A DNA stretch of 64,000 bases from Nanobdellota archaeon (lineage in GTDB: Archaea; Nanobdellota; Nanobdellia; Pacearchaeales; GW2011-AR1). The stretch spans positions 5,591-69,590 of the forward strand of contig JAGQJT010000003.1 of assembly GCA_020430505.1 (NCBI GenBank), written 5' to 3'. Both the position numbers and the translations under genes were made by a program. Below, piece after piece: positions 61,852 to 64,000 of the stretch; positions within the stretch are counted from its first letter, which is position 1, and every line of letters starts with the position of its first letter. Below the pieces are notes generated by a model, which saw only the letters and a list, made by a program, of their open reading frames with translations, was not told the DNA's origin and searched no databases.

Positions 61852-62424
61852 ATGAACATCTTAATTATTGATGGATACCCCGGGAAGAATGGACTTTCAA
61901 AATACTTAATGGAAAAGTATTATGAAGAAATAAAGAACTCAAAACACTTTGTTAAAAAAATTCATGTTTATAACCTAAAATTCGATTTTATATTGCATGA
62001 GGGTTATAAAAACCAAAACCCCTTAGAGAGTGATCTTAAAAAAGCTCAAGAATTGATATCTTGGGCAGATCATCTCATATTCTTTTACCCAATATGGTGG
62101 ACAGATATTCCTTCATTATTAAAATCTTTCTTTGAGAGAATTTTCCTACCCGGTTTTGCATTCAAATATGTTAATGGGAAAAAACTGAAGTTACTGAAAG
62201 GAAAAAGCGCAGAAATAATAGCAACTGGGGGAGCTTCGAATATTTTTTGTAAAACTCTTGGAAAAATGGCCCAATACAGAGTTTTTGGAGTTAACTTAAG
62301 ATTCTGCGGGATATCAACAAAATGGAGCAAAATAAAAATATATGGAAAGATAAAGCCTTCAACAAAAAAAGAATATATAGAAAGAATAGTTTTGAATATA
62401 AAAAAAAGAGCTAGGAAGGTTTAA
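61852..62424 (+). CDS. flavodoxin-like fold NAD(P)H (quinone) oxidoreductase
   Basis: MNILIIDGYPGKN..., ADHLIFFYPIWWTDIPSLLKSFFERIF.PGFAF, typical of the Flavodoxin_2/NQO family. Confidence 0.8.
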   Translation: MNILIIDGYPGKNGLSKYLMEKYYEEIKNSKHFVKKIHVYNLKFDFILHEGYKNQNPLESDLKKAQELISWADHLIFFYPIWWTDIPSLLKSFFERIFLPGFAFKYVNGKKLKLLKGKSAEIIATGGASNIFCKTLGKMAQYRVFGVNLRFCGISTKWSKIKIYGKIKPSTKKEYIERIVLNIKKRARKV

Positions 62425-62483
62425 ATAGCCTGGCAATCACACAAGATAGTTGGAGAAATCCAAATAAGTGTAAGGAGGATATC

Positions 62484-62807
62484 ATGAAAATATATGTAGG
62501 GAATTTACCCTTTAGTGTTGACGAGAATAGATTAAAAGAATTGTTCTCTGGTTACAACCCTGAAGAAGTTAGTTTGATACAAGACAAGTATTCTGGACGT
62601 TCTAAAGGTTTCGGATTTGTTACAATTGCAGATGACGAAGCTGCAAAAAAAGCAATTTCTGAGATGCACGAAAAAGAAGTTGAAGGAAGAAAATTGACTG
62701 TTAACGAAGCAAAGCCTAAAGAAGACAGACCAAGAAGGAGTTTCGATGGAAATAGATCTGGTGGAAGAAACTTTGGTGGCAGAAATGACAATAGAAGAAG
62801 GTATTAA
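62484..62807 (+). CDS. RRM-domain RNA-binding protein with an Arg/Gly-rich tail
   Basis: RNP-2 KIYVGNLPF and RNP-1 KGFGFVTI. The tail is RPRRSFDGNRSGGRNFGGRNDNRRRY. AAGGAGG Shine-Dalgarno upstream. Confidence 0.85.
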   Translation: MKIYVGNLPFSVDENRLKELFSGYNPEEVSLIQDKYSGRSKGFGFVTIADDEAAKKAISEMHEKEVEGRKLTVNEAKPKEDRPRRSFDGNRSGGRNFGGRNDNRRRY

Positions 62808-62883
62808 ATAGCCTTCAATTTATTTTTTATTTTTTTATTTTTAAAATCATAATTATTTTAAATTGATGAAATTTAGTTAGATT

Positions 62884-64000
62884 ATGGGAATATTTAGCTT
62901 TTTTAAAAAAAAAGAGAAATTTGAAAAAGATGATTCAGATAGAGTTCTAAAATATCAAGAAATAGAAGACTTCCTAGAAGATAAAGAAAAAAGCCTACAC
63001 AATGAAGAAAAAATTGCGCTCGAGGAAATTGACACTCTTGTAGATAAATTGTTAAAAGATTTGAAAGAAGGATTAAGAATATTAAAAAGTGTTAATATAA
63101 ATTCAAAAAAATCCGACGATAAAACAAAAGCGCATTCAATAGAAGGTGTGAAGAAATACTCTGAGAATATAGAATATTTAATTGAAAAATTAGATTCTAT
63201 TAAAATGAAATCTCTTCTAGAAACAGAAAAAGAGATAGATGAAATTTTTAAAGAATTTGATAAATTATCTAGTACAAATTATGAGAGAGGAACTTTGCTT
63301 GTGGGAAAAGAAATGGCTTCATTGAAAAATTCAATAAAAGTCTTTTCAAAAAATCTAATTAAAACACTTAATCAAAAAAAAGAACTAAAAGAATTAATAT
63401 TGAAGATTAAGATTATGTTTTCAAAAATAGAAGAGATTAATAAAATTGACTCTTCAATAGAAAAATTAAAATCAAAAGAGAAGGGATTAGATAAAAAAAT
63501 TGAAAGTGTTAAAAAAGAAGAAAAAGAATTATTTGAAAAAGAAAGTGTTTACCATAAAACTAAGGAATATGAAGAGATATTAGAAGCCAAAAGAAATTTA
63601 GAATTTTTGAAAAAAGAGATAGTAAAAAAAATGAGCGAACTAAAGTCTTTAATTGATTTCAAAAGTTTAAGTAACTTTTTTCATAAATACGAAAAAGAAA
63701 TGGAAATTTTGAGAAAATATCGTGATGATTTTAAAAAAATGTATGAAGAAGATATGGGAAAGAAGCTTATTTCTCTTTTGGATGAATCAAAATTAAATAA
63801 AGACAAAATAAATTCCCTTGTCAAAGAGATTAACAAGGAATTTGAATCTCTTGAAAAAAATTACAATAAATCAAAAGAAGACAAGACCCCTTCTTTTTCA
63901 GAAAACCTAAACAAATTAAGAAACTCTTTAGAAGATTTGGAAACAATTCATTCAAAAGATATAAGATTTAACGAAAAAGTTGTTTCTTCTAGGGAAAGAT
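62884..64000 (+). CDS. long coiled-coil protein with an MGIF N-terminus, 3' end runs off the right window edge
   Basis: Not in the ORF track because there is no stop in the window. Manual translation from ATG 62884 stays open to 64000 (MGIFSFFKKKEKFEKDDSDRVLKYQEIEDFLEDKEK...), with K/E/L-rich heptad-like composition. Confidence 0.55.
   Translation, partial: MGIFSFFKKKEKFEKDDSDRVLKYQEIEDFLEDKEKSLHNEEKIALEEIDTLVDKLLKDLKEGLRILKSVNINSKKSDDKTKAHSIEGVKKYSENIEYLIEKLDSIKMKSLLETEKEIDEIFKEFDKLSSTNYERGTLLVGKEMASLKNSIKVFSKNLIKTLNQKKELKELILKIKIMFSKIEEINKIDSSIEKLKSKEKGLDKKIESVKKEEKELFEKESVYHKTKEYEEILEAKRNLEFLKKEIVKKMSELKSLIDFKSLSNFFHKYEKEMEILRKYRDDFKKMYEEDMGKKLISLLDESKLNKDKINSLVKEINKEFESLEKNYNKSKEDKTPSFSENLNKLRNSLEDLETIHSKDIRFNEKVVSSRER

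Overview
AT-rich, gene-dense archaeal chromosomal segment. The archaeal call rests on EF-1alpha, EF-2, the RpoH-RpoB-RpoA-NusA-uS12-uS7 cluster, uL16 (L10e), eL33 (L35Ae), a thermosome subunit, and a tRNA-Tyr with a C1:G72 pair and a bulge-helix-bulge intron. The reduced style, the many orphan ORFs, the secreted, pilin-like and Cys-rich proteins, and several bacterial-type genes suggest a small-genome, DPANN-like archaeon; that is inference only. Recognisable content falls into five groups. (1) The rpo/str core operon, here with an unsplit rpoA and several orphan ORFs wedged between core genes, including a class III nucleotidyl cyclase. (2) A compact dNTP/dTMP island (trx, folA, thyA, tmk-like, dut, nrdJ, nrdR) with a perfect 20-bp NrdR-box-like palindrome. 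(3) Surface and secretion genes: two class-III-signal pilin-like paralogs, an ArsR/beta-propeller membrane protein, two modular Cys-rich secreted paralogs and a metzincin. (4) Housekeeping genes: a GluRS lacking its C-terminal domain, U32 peptidase, P-type ATPase, TatD, UppP and a Trm11-like methyltransferase. (5) Four tRNAs. I saw no CRISPR array, rRNA gene or recognisable transposase. The observations most worth follow-up are these: orphan ORFs translationally coupled inside the RNAP and ribosomal operon; a cyclase-centred three-gene insert between rps7 and fusA; an orphan operon at 32.5-37 kb (MGLF coiled-coil, 467-aa, 195-aa and an interrupted TIM-barrel protein); nested perfect inverted repeats plus GC-rich hairpin islands bracketing an alpha/beta-hydrolase gene; a candidate small RNA made of three cUUCGg hairpins ending in a U-tract; two paralogous nucleotidyltransferase/helical-domain proteins; and an RRM/RGG protein. 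All functional calls come from motif recognition by eye. No database search was run.
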